Virus record (IMG/VR): IMGVR_UViG_3300015615_000196
Coordinates: 128,001-192,000 of that record
Reading direction: 5' to 3' (one strand)
Source: a virus
Lineage: Duplodnaviria; Caudoviricetes
Length of the DNA stretch: 64,000 bases
Below, in pieces: positions 9,816 to 18,931 of this stretch. Below the pieces are notes generated by a model that made no database searches, was not told where the DNA came from, and worked only from the letters and a program-made list of their open reading frames with translations. The translations under genes were made by a program, and so were the position numbers. Within the stretch, counting starts at the first letter, position 1. Every line of letters begins with the position of its first letter.

Positions 9816-10797
9816 TTTCTTGTGCGTTTTCTAAAAAGTTGTAAAATTGAACGATGTCCTCTTCGATCTGTTTCGTGTTTGAATTCAACATGAAATGTTC
9901 GAAGCTATCGCCACGATATTTCTTGTACATGCCGATGAACTTACCGAGAGGTTCACCATCCAAACCAAGCAAACTCATTACAACGTGTCCGTTGAATTTC
10001 TTGGAAACCTTCTCAAGGATTTCCTGACGCTTGATATGTTGTGCATATGCAGTCTTCAATTCCGAACCGAAGAAAGCATCGATTTCGTCAAGGTAAACTT
10101 CCTTCGTTTTCACGAAAGGATAATTTTTGTCCGGGGCATTGGTTTCTACGTAATCCAAAAACTTCATGAAGTCAGGACGTTCAAGTCTGCCAACGAAGTT
10201 TCCTTTCTGATATGAGGTTGCACAGAAATATTTGCTGGCGATTACATAATCGAAAATTTCTTGAACGTTGTCGAATCCTTGTTTCCAACGCTCATACGAC
10301 AAACCAACGAACTCCAACATTTTTTCCATGTCTCTTGTCACGCTGATCTCTTTTGAGATATGATTGTTGAACCCTCTCAACACGTAGAACAATCCATCTT
10401 CACCATAGCGAAGGTTGAACTTGTGGTAGATACGACCAATCAAATTTCCGAGAATGTTGTACGACATGAAATTGTATGTGCTTTCCAGCTTACGGCTTCC
10501 AACAAGAAACACGTCAACTTGAAAATCCATATAAAGCATGGAGTAGACGTTTCGCACCGACTGAGTTTCGGTTACGCCTAAGTCCTTGATCAATTCCTTC
10601 TTCCACTGAGGTTTATTCAAAATGATTGCTGCATCGACAATAATGTCAACGTCTCCGTAGTCGGCCTTCTCACGGTAGGCAACGGGAATACGATAAGACT
10701 CGCCAAAGTGTTTGTCGAGAATTGGTATCAATGAAGCAACGATTTGAAAATATCGTTCCTTTGATACACGTCCAGCTTTGAATAAATTACCGCCCAT
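9802..10797 (-). CDS. Putative nucleotidyltransferase-fold protein
   Basis: KADYGDVDIIV (G-DxD) and FQVDVF third acidic residue. Confidence 0.6.
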   Translation of the reverse strand: MGGNLFKAGRVSKERYFQIVASLIPILDKHFGESYRIPVAYREKADYGDVDIIVDAAIILNKPQWKKELIKDLGVTETQSVRNVYSMLYMDFQVDVFLVGSRKLESTYNFMSYNILGNLIGRIYHKFNLRYGEDGLFYVLRGFNNHISKEISVTRDMEKMLEFVGLSYERWKQGFDNVQEIFDYVIASKYFCATSYQKGNFVGRLERPDFMKFLDYVETNAPDKNYPFVKTKEVYLDEIDAFFGSELKTAYAQHIKRQEILEKVSKKFNGHVVMSLLGLDGEPLGKFIGMYKKYRGDSFEHFMLNSNTKQIEEDIVQFYNFLENAQENEYC

Positions 10798-11051
10798 TAC
10801 TTTAGTTTTGAAATATCGTCAATCAATTTTTTTATCTCTTCCGGTGAACCAGCTTCTTGTGTTTGTTTCAAGTATTCTTCATACGATGATTCAAACTTGT
10901 TCATTGTGGCTTCGATCTGCTTTACCTGCTCAATCGCGAACCTTGCTTGGAAGCCACGATCTTTTTTCATTTGATCGTTATCGTAGTTTGCTTCGTCAGC
11001 ATAAAATTTTAGTGTCTCTGTTAATCTTGCAAGAACGTTTTCAATTTCCAT
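10797..11051 (-). CDS. Hypothetical protein
   Basis: 84 aa ORF coupled to its neighbours. Confidence 0.6.
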   Translation of the reverse strand: MEIENVLARLTETLKFYADEANYDNDQMKKDRGFQARFAIEQVKQIEATMNKFESSYEEYLKQTQEAGSPEEIKKLIDDISKLK

Positions 11052-11409
11052 ACATTACATCGTCAATTTTGTCGAGTGCTTCATCTATCGATGTTGTATA
11101 AATGCCACCCTTATTAAAGTCATCATCCAACAAGGTGATACTGAGTAATACTTCAAAAGATTTATTCTCAAACCACTCAAGGTAGATGTATTTGTGCTCG
11201 AATCGTATAACGAAAACCAGTGTGTTCAGTCGGTTGATATGGCAGACAATGTTTTCCGGTTTATGTTTGTAGACCCGGTTCAGTATCTTAAAAAAAGGCT
11301 CGTCATATACCTTCATTTTGTCGTAGCCCTTCAATGCCAATTCCTCACGGAACTCCCTGATTACCTTTTCTTTCTTGACTTGTACTTTATCCATAACTGC
11401 TACTTCCAT
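11041..11409 (-). CDS. Hypothetical protein
   Basis: 122 aa ORF with an ECF-like promoter just upstream. Confidence 0.6.
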   Translation of the reverse strand: MEVAVMDKVQVKKEKVIREFREELALKGYDKMKVYDEPFFKILNRVYKHKPENIVCHINRLNTLVFVIRFEHKYIYLEWFENKSFEVLLSITLLDDDFNKGGIYTTSIDEALDKIDDVMYGN

Positions 11410-11429
11410 ACCCCCTTATACGTAAAAAG

Positions 11430-11777
11430 TCACTTTTGGTTACGCTCGGCCAAGATTTGTTTCTGTTCTTCAATCAATGCCAGCATGTCCTTTCGTTCAA
11501 ATTCATACAGTTTGTACTCCCTGTAATATGCACAAACCGGATTCTTTTGAATGTTACGAGAGAAGTAAACACCTTGAGAATCAGAATTTTCGAAGCCCAC
11601 GTACATTTCATTTTCAACATTGAAGTACGAGTAAACCACCCCTTTTTTGAAAAAAATGAAAAGCATATTCCGTGTGGGATAATACACTGATTTCATGATG
11701 TTCGAAGAATCAAAAAGTGCCTCAACGTACAATTCCTGAGTTTCTTCGTCTTTCAATTCCTTACGTTCAAGTAGCAT
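11430..11777 (-). CDS. KTSC-domain protein
   Basis: DSSNIMKSVYY...LFIFFKKGVVYSYFNV...SDSQGVYFSRNI matches the KTSC pattern. Confidence 0.8.
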   Translation of the reverse strand: MLLERKELKDEETQELYVEALFDSSNIMKSVYYPTRNMLFIFFKKGVVYSYFNVENEMYVGFENSDSQGVYFSRNIQKNPVCAYYREYKLYEFERKDMLALIEEQKQILAERNQK

Positions 11778-11797
11778 GGTATGAAGTATTTATCTGT

Positions 11798-12622
11798 ATG
11801 GCGTACCCTAAAATCAAGAAAACAAACTTTGTTCTTAATCCACCAAAAGTGGGGTCGGAATATCTTAAATACGGTTTAGAGCGTATTGAGACGTTAATGG
11901 TCAAGTCCGACAAGAAGACCAACTACCTTCCAAAAGGTGTCTCCATTAAAGACATTGATCAAGCAGCCTTTGATTTCGTTAAAAACAAAGATAGCAAAAT
12001 AATCATCGATGGGAAGGATGTACCTGTGATTTTTTTGACCAATGAACGTTGGGCCGAATTCGCCAAAACGTGGCAATATGTCGATCTTGACAAGAACTTA
12101 GTCACACCGTTCATTACAGTGGTACGATCAAATTTCAATCCAGAAGGAACCCGCCTTGGCAAGCGATACAATGTAGCACAGAGAAGATCATTCCGATACC
12201 TTGACGTACCCATTTTAGATGAAGGTCAAGTCATCAATTTACGATTCAAAATTCCTGAACCCGTGAATGTTGACCTCACCTATGAAGTTCGTTTGTTCAC
12301 GAAATATCAAACCAACGTAAACATCTTTGATGAAAAGATTGCAAGAGCATTTGCAAGTAGACAAGCCTACACTTGGATCAAAGGTAATCCTATGCCTATT
12401 ATTCGAGAAGGTACTGCAATGAACAACACCGTTCAAGATGTAAAAGGCGACAGAATGTACGTTCAACAACACACGATTAAAGTACTCGGATTTCTTCAAT
12501 CAGAAGATGACTTCTCAATTGTGAAAACTACGAGACTTCCGAATATCGGAATCGTTATTGATAAAGGTGAGAATATTGGAACTACTGTGAATACTGCTCA
12601 AGTCAACCCACCACAGGAGTAG
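11798..12622 (+). CDS. Tail completion/terminator-like structural protein (gp15-like)
   Basis: VPVIFLTNERW, PEPVNVDLTYEV; late motif 11786-11793 places the start at 11798. Confidence 0.6.
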   Translation: MAYPKIKKTNFVLNPPKVGSEYLKYGLERIETLMVKSDKKTNYLPKGVSIKDIDQAAFDFVKNKDSKIIIDGKDVPVIFLTNERWAEFAKTWQYVDLDKNLVTPFITVVRSNFNPEGTRLGKRYNVAQRRSFRYLDVPILDEGQVINLRFKIPEPVNVDLTYEVRLFTKYQTNVNIFDEKIARAFASRQAYTWIKGNPMPIIREGTAMNNTVQDVKGDRMYVQQHTIKVLGFLQSEDDFSIVKTTRLPNIGIVIDKGENIGTTVNTAQVNPPQE

Positions 12623-13280
12623 CTATGATCGCTGGTTCTACCGGAACATAATTCACACGTAAAAGCAAAATCACATCCCACGCATCTGAAAGTGCTTCAT
12701 GCGTAACTGGCCCACGAAGGTTCACACGCTTTTTGCAAAGATCAGTTGATGGTGGTACTTCGTCTGTTTCCCAATCGATGAATTTCAAACTTGGATCGAG
12801 TGATCTGTAGTGAAATTTTATTCCATTTGTTCCCAACGATCCAATGTTGTCGTAGGGATTCCGTCCGACATTTTCGAGAAAACGTTTGTCAAATGAGGCA
12901 AAGTTTTTTCCTGCTGCAACAATTTCAACAACACCACTGGCGTTCTCTTTGAAACCATTTGCAAGTAACCAAAGTCTGAAATCAGCAAATAACTCTTCTA
13001 TGGTAAGAGCATGTTCAGTCAAGAAAGGACTGTTCTCCAATGGAATCTTTATTCCGCTTTTGATGTCGGCAATTGTCGCCATCAATTTCGCATTCATCTT
13101 TGCAGCAACGGCACTAAACATATATTCATCATTTGCTGCGATGATGATTCTACGATACTTCTTCGATTCTTCGTAGGACTTTGGATTCTTGGTGTCCTCA
13201 ATGATGGCGGCAAATTCGAGAATCTGATTTTTCTCGCTATCAATGCCTGTGGTTTCAATGTCTATGGAAACGTAACGCAT
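12603..13280 (-). CDS. DEDDh 3'-5' exonuclease (DnaQ/oligoribonuclease-like)
   Basis: SIDIETTG, AGKNFASFD, HEALSDA. Confidence 0.88.
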   Translation of the reverse strand: MRYVSIDIETTGIDSEKNQILEFAAIIEDTKNPKSYEESKKYRRIIIAANDEYMFSAVAAKMNAKLMATIADIKSGIKIPLENSPFLTEHALTIEELFADFRLWLLANGFKENASGVVEIVAAGKNFASFDKRFLENVGRNPYDNIGSLGTNGIKFHYRSLDPSLKFIDWETDEVPPSTDLCKKRVNLRGPVTHEALSDAWDVILLLRVNYVPVEPAIIATPVVG

Positions 13281-13316
13281 AAAAAAAGGGTTAACTCCAC
13301 AAAGCTAACCCTTTTT
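13281..13316. terminator. Bidirectional terminator-like hairpin overlapping a Bacteroidota -7 promoter element
   Basis: AAAAAAAGGGTTAAC-TCCACAAA-GCTAACCCTTTTT; the minus strand reads TAGCTTTG (13300-13307). Confidence 0.7.
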
Positions 13317-13333
13317 CTGAATATTTCAAATTC

Positions 13334-14113
13334 TTATGCTACCTTCAATGATGCCAAGACTTGAGGAATAATTTCTTCTACTGCCGGAACAAGTTCACTT
13401 GCCTTGATTGCAGACAATCCGCTTTCTCCTGCTGCAAGTGCACCATGACCAGCTTGTGCTGCATGAATTGCACCGCCAATGCTTGCTGCGAATAGTCCTG
13501 CAACAAGAGTATAAAACACAATATTGTTAACTTTGTCCTTCTTATCTTGCGGAAGGTTCTTGGTGAATGGTGCTGTTAATCTACCAATAAAATCAATGTA
13601 TTTGTGGTGCATATCATGACCCCACTTTTGAGCCTTCTGTCCCCACACGTTTAAATCACCACTACCAACTTTTTTGCCCAAGAACGAAGCAGCTTTACCG
13701 AGTAAATTTGCCATTGATGGGATTGCTGCTGCAACTCCTGCTGCGGTAGCTAAAAGTTCGTTAAGTTGTCCTTGTACTTCTTCTCTGAGTGCTTGCGCCT
13801 CTGCTACTCTTTGTGCTGGTTGCGTTGCTTGCTGCGCTGGTGCTGCCTGTTGTTGACTACCATCATTTACATTCAATTGACCATCATGATTTGCATCTGC
13901 CTTCTGTAAATCGGCAGGAAGTTTTTGAATGAGTTGGTTCATTGCTGCTTCCAATTCTCTTTCCAGATTCGGATCGACTTGTGTCGGATTTTGATTCTGA
14001 GGTTGTTGCGGTGCAGGAGCGGGTTGTATATCTTCGTTGATGCGTTTTTTGACGTTATAGTCCGTCAAATATTTCATTCTTTCAACATGCTCTTTCAAGG
14101 TTTTTTTGCTCAT
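13334..14113 (-). CDS. Putative internal head/virion protein
   Basis: Late motif 14131-14139; N-terminal KTLKEHVERMKY...INE; Q/P/A-rich linker; hydrophobic helices. Confidence 0.6.
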   Translation of the reverse strand: MSKKTLKEHVERMKYLTDYNVKKRINEDIQPAPAPQQPQNQNPTQVDPNLERELEAAMNQLIQKLPADLQKADANHDGQLNVNDGSQQQAAPAQQATQPAQRVAEAQALREEVQGQLNELLATAAGVAAAIPSMANLLGKAASFLGKKVGSGDLNVWGQKAQKWGHDMHHKYIDFIGRLTAPFTKNLPQDKKDKVNNIVFYTLVAGLFAASIGGAIHAAQAGHGALAAGESGLSAIKASELVPAVEEIIPQVLASLKVA

Positions 14114-14139
14114 AAAAGACGTGATTTCTCTATAAATAC

Positions 14140-14898
14140 TTAGATAGTAACGTAATTCCCATCAATTGTGAAGGTGTTTCCAGAAGGGTAATTTGTTTTC
14201 TCAATCGGGAATGATTCTGTTGGTGCATTCACAAACTGATCAAATTCAGGATTTACAAGTTCTTTTAGAATCATCTGACTTGGCGCAAGAGAATATGTCA
14301 TAGTTGACATATTCAAAGTAAATTGAACATACAATTTTTCTTGTGTTGTTAATGAACTATTATCATTCACAAACGAATAAAACTTGCCAGATTTTGCAGA
14401 ATAAAATAAAAATTTGGCATAGATCGTTGTTCCTGTTATTGTGTCAATGAAGTCCTGTGACAGATACAGATTGCTGAATTCCATCGTTGCAGTATATTGA
14501 TAGATCGATGACAAAGTCGTCTTCGCAAAATCATAACCATTAAAATATCCAGTATGTATTTTTTTACTGATCTCGTCTTTATAACTATTAAAAATTTGAA
14601 TAATATAAAAACTATTCTTTGCTGCTGTCGTTGTATATGCAGTTGATGCAAATTCTGTTGGTGCAACAGAAGTAACAAATGCAAACCCATTCCAAAATTT
14701 AAATTGAATACTGTAATCGATTGCCGGGTTAAAGCGTCTAACCTCTGCGTCTGACACACCATTAATTGAATCAATTGTCTGATCTTCCACTAAAGAAAGC
14801 ACATCATCATCATAACCCAAAAGATTTCCAGCACCAGTTATTGGGATGGTTATTTTTTGATCGACAAGGCCGTTTAATTTAATTTTGAATCTATTCAT
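14140..14898 (-). CDS. Putative virion structural protein
   Basis: Late operon with the upstream gene; N/T/S/F-rich. Confidence 0.55.
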   Translation of the reverse strand: MNRFKIKLNGLVDQKITIPITGAGNLLGYDDDVLSLVEDQTIDSINGVSDAEVRRFNPAIDYSIQFKFWNGFAFVTSVAPTEFASTAYTTTAAKNSFYIIQIFNSYKDEISKKIHTGYFNGYDFAKTTLSSIYQYTATMEFSNLYLSQDFIDTITGTTIYAKFLFYSAKSGKFYSFVNDNSSLTTQEKLYVQFTLNMSTMTYSLAPSQMILKELVNPEFDQFVNAPTESFPIEKTNYPSGNTFTIDGNYVTI

Positions 14899-14899
14899 G

Positions 14900-16060
14900 T
14901 TATGCACAACGATTGCCTAAGTTATTCAAATTACTCGATGGTTTCTTGTTTACTAAACTATTAGGGCCAAACAGTATGTCACCAAATACTGCATTTGTGT
15001 TCGGGTGATTCAAATCAGGATTTAATGGTAATACAATGTTGTTAAAAAGGTAATGTCTCTTATTCACAAAAGGATAATCGACACCCCTTCCACTAATTGG
15101 ATCAATGTAGCCATTTGGTAGTAGGTCTTTCCATATATAATTTCCTCGATTGTCTACTTTCACAGCATAAGAAGGAATGATCAAATCATTTTCCGTACCA
15201 CCAGTCGCATTTGCTGTTATTGTTTCATCCCCATAATCTCTAATTTTTAACGGAATAAACGGATTGTATTTGAACTGTAGATTTCCGAGATCGTATGGAA
15301 ATAAAACATAATACTCCATTTGATCTTTCAACTCTTCTTCGAAATTAGTATCAACATAAATTACTCGATCACCCTCAAGTACTTGACCGGGATTATATGG
15401 TGGATGTGCCAAAATTGGAATTATTGTTTTGTCTGGTGTGTTGGGGCCAGTAAAATGGATTTGGCTTACTGTTTCTGTTTGAGAATTGCCGTTTTGATTC
15501 GGGTGAAAATCAAAAAACAAATAAAAATTAGTATAGGGTTTTTTGAAAGAATCAACAGCACCTTCGATGTTGAAGTCCATATTAAAATCAAATGCGTACT
15601 CGTAATTGAAAAAAATGTTTCTCGCAAATCCTGCCTTATACACTTCTGCATTACTTAGTTTAGTTACTACTGTATAATTTCTAATGAATGTATTTACTGA
15701 AAGTGCTGTATGTCCTGTTGAAGGATAACACAGGTATACATCAAAACAAGTAAGAAGATTTTTTGTCACTCCGCTCAATTCTTCACCCAAACGTGGAGGA
15801 AAAAAGAAATCTGGAAGTTTTTTGTAAAGTCTTTTTAAACCATTAATGTTTGAAAGAAAATCAATGTTACCATACACACGATATGATTCACTTTCTTGTC
15901 TTTCGGCATTGAATAAATCACTCACACTGATAACAGATGATTCATTATAGGAAAGAAGTTCTTTCGTTGAACTGGTCAAATTGATATTGAAATTCTGATC
16001 AACAACAACCCCATCTACGTTCTTAGCTGAACCCAACTGTAACTGTAATTCTTCACTCAT
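14900..16060 (-). CDS. Putative virion structural (baseplate/tail-associated) protein
   Basis: Late motif 16065-16072 immediately upstream; WKDLLPNGYID...VDYPFVN. Confidence 0.6.
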   Translation of the reverse strand: MSEELQLQLGSAKNVDGVVVDQNFNINLTSSTKELLSYNESSVISVSDLFNAERQESESYRVYGNIDFLSNINGLKRLYKKLPDFFFPPRLGEELSGVTKNLLTCFDVYLCYPSTGHTALSVNTFIRNYTVVTKLSNAEVYKAGFARNIFFNYEYAFDFNMDFNIEGAVDSFKKPYTNFYLFFDFHPNQNGNSQTETVSQIHFTGPNTPDKTIIPILAHPPYNPGQVLEGDRVIYVDTNFEEELKDQMEYYVLFPYDLGNLQFKYNPFIPLKIRDYGDETITANATGGTENDLIIPSYAVKVDNRGNYIWKDLLPNGYIDPISGRGVDYPFVNKRHYLFNNIVLPLNPDLNHPNTNAVFGDILFGPNSLVNKKPSSNLNNLGNRCA

Positions 16061-16165
16061 ATGGTATAAATAATGAAGATTAAATAAATTTTAGAATCGG
16101 GACAACCTTTAGTAAAAAACCTCGTATAACCAAGCAAAGGGTTAAAAATTTAAACAAAAAACACT

Positions 16166-16711
16166 ATGAAAAGCATGAAAAACGTATTTTCGATCTTTAT
16201 GGTCGCTCTGATTCTGGTCGCATCCAGTTGTTCAAAATCGGATGATCCGACCCCGTCCACACCATCAACACCTACCCAAAGCAATTTGGACAAAGTGAAG
16301 GCTACGTTAAGTGGCACATGGACTTTCCAACAGTTTGTACTGACGGAAGTAGCCAACAGCAAAACTAAGACAATCACATCTTGTGATAAGTCTTCTTTGA
16401 CTGGTTATTTTTCCAATACGAATTGGACAAATCTGACTCCTGAGTTTAATTTTGTTTATGCCAGTGGTATTTCGGCAACAGGAACCAATGCTTGTATTTC
16501 AGCGTCAGCATCATATACGATTACTGTTGTTGAAAATACGGATCATACGGTAACTGTCACGTTGGATGCGGGTGGTAGTGCAAAACAAGTGTACAATGTC
16601 AATGTTAACGACATCACAGCCACTTCGATAAAAGGTACGTTGATCAGCAATGGTAGTGCCGTTTCTTCAACCAACGGTTACACGGTCGTATACACATACA
16701 CGCGATCATAA
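16166..16711 (+). CDS. Bacteroidota-type lipoprotein (lipocalin-like)
   Basis: Lipobox LVASSC followed by SKSDDPTP; LSGTWTF motif; own promoter and terminator. Confidence 0.8.
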   Translation: MKSMKNVFSIFMVALILVASSCSKSDDPTPSTPSTPTQSNLDKVKATLSGTWTFQQFVLTEVANSKTKTITSCDKSSLTGYFSNTNWTNLTPEFNFVYASGISATGTNACISASASYTITVVENTDHTVTVTLDAGGSAKQVYNVNVNDITATSIKGTLISNGSAVSSTNGYTVVYTYTRS

Positions 16712-16730
16712 TTTGAAATAACCAACCAAG

Positions 16731-16760
16731 AAAAGCCTCGCAGATTGTGGGGCTTTTTTT
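16731..16760. terminator. Bidirectional intrinsic terminator
   Basis: AAAAGCCTCGCA-GAT-TGTGGGGCTTTTTTT between convergent genes. Confidence 0.85.
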
Positions 16761-18795
16761 ATATAAGACCAATTCGATTTAAGAATGCAATACAATCAGC
16801 ACTTCCAAACCCCTTAAAAAAATAAGTTCCGGCTTGACCGTTACTGTAAGGGATTGTCATGTGTTTATAATCTGTACCAGTTAATGGTGTCACATCATAT
16901 GGTGGATCAATGCCATTTCTAAATCCTTTCGGTGATGTATCATTCAATGTTGCGTCTCTTAGTATGACTAAATCACTTTTGGGAACATTTATAAAATTTG
17001 TTTCGTGTAGATCAGCACGAGCCATATGAATTGTATTTTTTATTGGCCCACCTATTAATTGTGAGTTATCTTCTGATCCTGCTTTAACTCTATTGTTTGC
17101 ATTTAGCAATTTTGTTCTTCCTGCTTCGTTATCATCTAATCTACTATTGTATACATACTGAGGGAAATACAAACAGAAATTCATGTGCTCTGATGCAAAT
17201 AATCTTATGCTTCCATTGTTAACGTCTGTACCGTTACTTGGGAATTCGTTTACTGTTGTTCCAGTTTCAGCATTGGTCACAACTGCACCTGACGAATAAA
17301 CTATTGTTCTCTTATTTAAGAAATTAGGTAAGGTATTACCTTCATTGTCGTTTCCATCGCTATTTGCAATACCATAAAATTTCGCAACACTATAAAATTC
17401 ACCTGCCAAGAATTTTTTATTTTGTCTTCTCCAATTATTGTTTTGAGTTAAATGTGTTGTGTCGTCCGTATGATATACTGGCGAGTTGTTGTTCTGATCT
17501 GCAACGTTAGCATATTGAGGTATTTTCAATCTCATTCGTCTTGTATTATTTACTCTACTTCTGTAGTCATCTGCTCTATCCATTGGTAGTGCGGTGTCGT
17601 CCGAATAATCAAGAACCATGAATCCATTAAACTCAATGAATACACCTCTTGGATCGTCATCCGGTACAACAACTTCTTGACCGAGTTCGTCTGTGATAAT
17701 TTTTTTTCTATTGCATGGGACAATGTATACGAATTGTCCATTTTCGACATATCTCGTATATTGATCTTGAGTGAGTAATTTATATGCTGTTGGATCAAAC
17801 GAATTACCTGTGATCTGAGCATCAGTAATTGTATTGGGCAAATACAACAACGTCTCGTTGATCAATCCGTTTCGTTTTGTTGCAATCGATGCATTTAAAA
17901 CTTCTCCCGGCCCCTTATCCTCCATTGCATACAATTGTTTAATTGTGTTCCCACCACGACCCCAATGTGCCGATTGACCATCAGTAAATGCTGCCCCAAA
18001 AATTGTGAATGATGCGATTAGTAATGCTCGAATCTTAAAATCTTGTCGAGTAATGCCAATTTCAAAATTTTCTTCATCACCCCAAAATGGTTTTACATCA
18101 ACAGCAACTTCTTGTGTTTCAACATTTGGTAATGTTTCAAGGTCAGTAGAGAATTTTACTTTTGTCCCGTTGTCAGTAAAAAGAACTGGTGAGTAACCAA
18201 GATTGTTAATCATTGTTCCCGGTGTCATCGAATACTTACCAATGTCAGTAATGTCTACTGACATGGTCATTGTTTGAACACCAATTGGTACACCAAAAAT
18301 CATGTAGTCACCAGATTGATTTGTAACTGTCGTGTACTTGTAGTATTTTTTATATACCTCTAAAAATGTAGGGTTCGTTGTGATCTCTTCTTTTGTTGGA
18401 AACGTACCAACGGGTACTGTCGGTGCGTATTGTCCGGCTACAAGGAATGGATTATTGACTGCTACTCTTGGAAGGAGGTTGTATTTTACCCCATCAAGGT
18501 CTTTGTCTCTTGGGGATGAATAGGGGTACACCGCATAGATTTCACCGTTTGCCTTGTCTTCGTCTGATACTGGAATGAAGACTGATATTTTAGCATTCGG
18601 TATCCCAATGCCTCCATTTGCTATTACTCTACCAACTACAACCCCGTAGTTGGCATTGAAGGTTCCATAGATGTCTTTTTGGCTTATTTTGAGGGATAAA
18701 ATCTCGAAGAAATCAACATCGTTTTCCAGACGCATCGTCAAGTATTTATCTGTACCACCCGCAGTGGTGCGTAGTCTGACGGACTTGTTTCCCAT
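16759..18795 (-). CDS. Virion structural protein (baseplate/tail-associated; Ig/carboxypeptidase-regulatory-like N-domain)
   Basis: GVVVGRVIANGGIGIPNAKISVF, TVTNQSGDYMIFGVP; late motif 18816-18824. Confidence 0.65.
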   Translation of the reverse strand: MGNKSVRLRTTAGGTDKYLTMRLENDVDFFEILSLKISQKDIYGTFNANYGVVVGRVIANGGIGIPNAKISVFIPVSDEDKANGEIYAVYPYSSPRDKDLDGVKYNLLPRVAVNNPFLVAGQYAPTVPVGTFPTKEEITTNPTFLEVYKKYYKYTTVTNQSGDYMIFGVPIGVQTMTMSVDITDIGKYSMTPGTMINNLGYSPVLFTDNGTKVKFSTDLETLPNVETQEVAVDVKPFWGDEENFEIGITRQDFKIRALLIASFTIFGAAFTDGQSAHWGRGGNTIKQLYAMEDKGPGEVLNASIATKRNGLINETLLYLPNTITDAQITGNSFDPTAYKLLTQDQYTRYVENGQFVYIVPCNRKKIITDELGQEVVVPDDDPRGVFIEFNGFMVLDYSDDTALPMDRADDYRSRVNNTRRMRLKIPQYANVADQNNNSPVYHTDDTTHLTQNNNWRRQNKKFLAGEFYSVAKFYGIANSDGNDNEGNTLPNFLNKRTIVYSSGAVVTNAETGTTVNEFPSNGTDVNNGSIRLFASEHMNFCLYFPQYVYNSRLDDNEAGRTKLLNANNRVKAGSEDNSQLIGGPIKNTIHMARADLHETNFINVPKSDLVILRDATLNDTSPKGFRNGIDPPYDVTPLTGTDYKHMTIPYSNGQAGTYFFKGFGSADCIAFLNRIGLI

Positions 18796-18931
18796 AGAAT
18801 TTGACTATTGTTTTTTATAAATACAAATTAAAGAAATTCCTGATTTTGCCCTGAAAGAAAGTATTTATAAAAAAAAGTTTGAATTCACAGTCGAATTTAA
18901 TCATATAAACTAAATCATTCAAAGACAAAAC

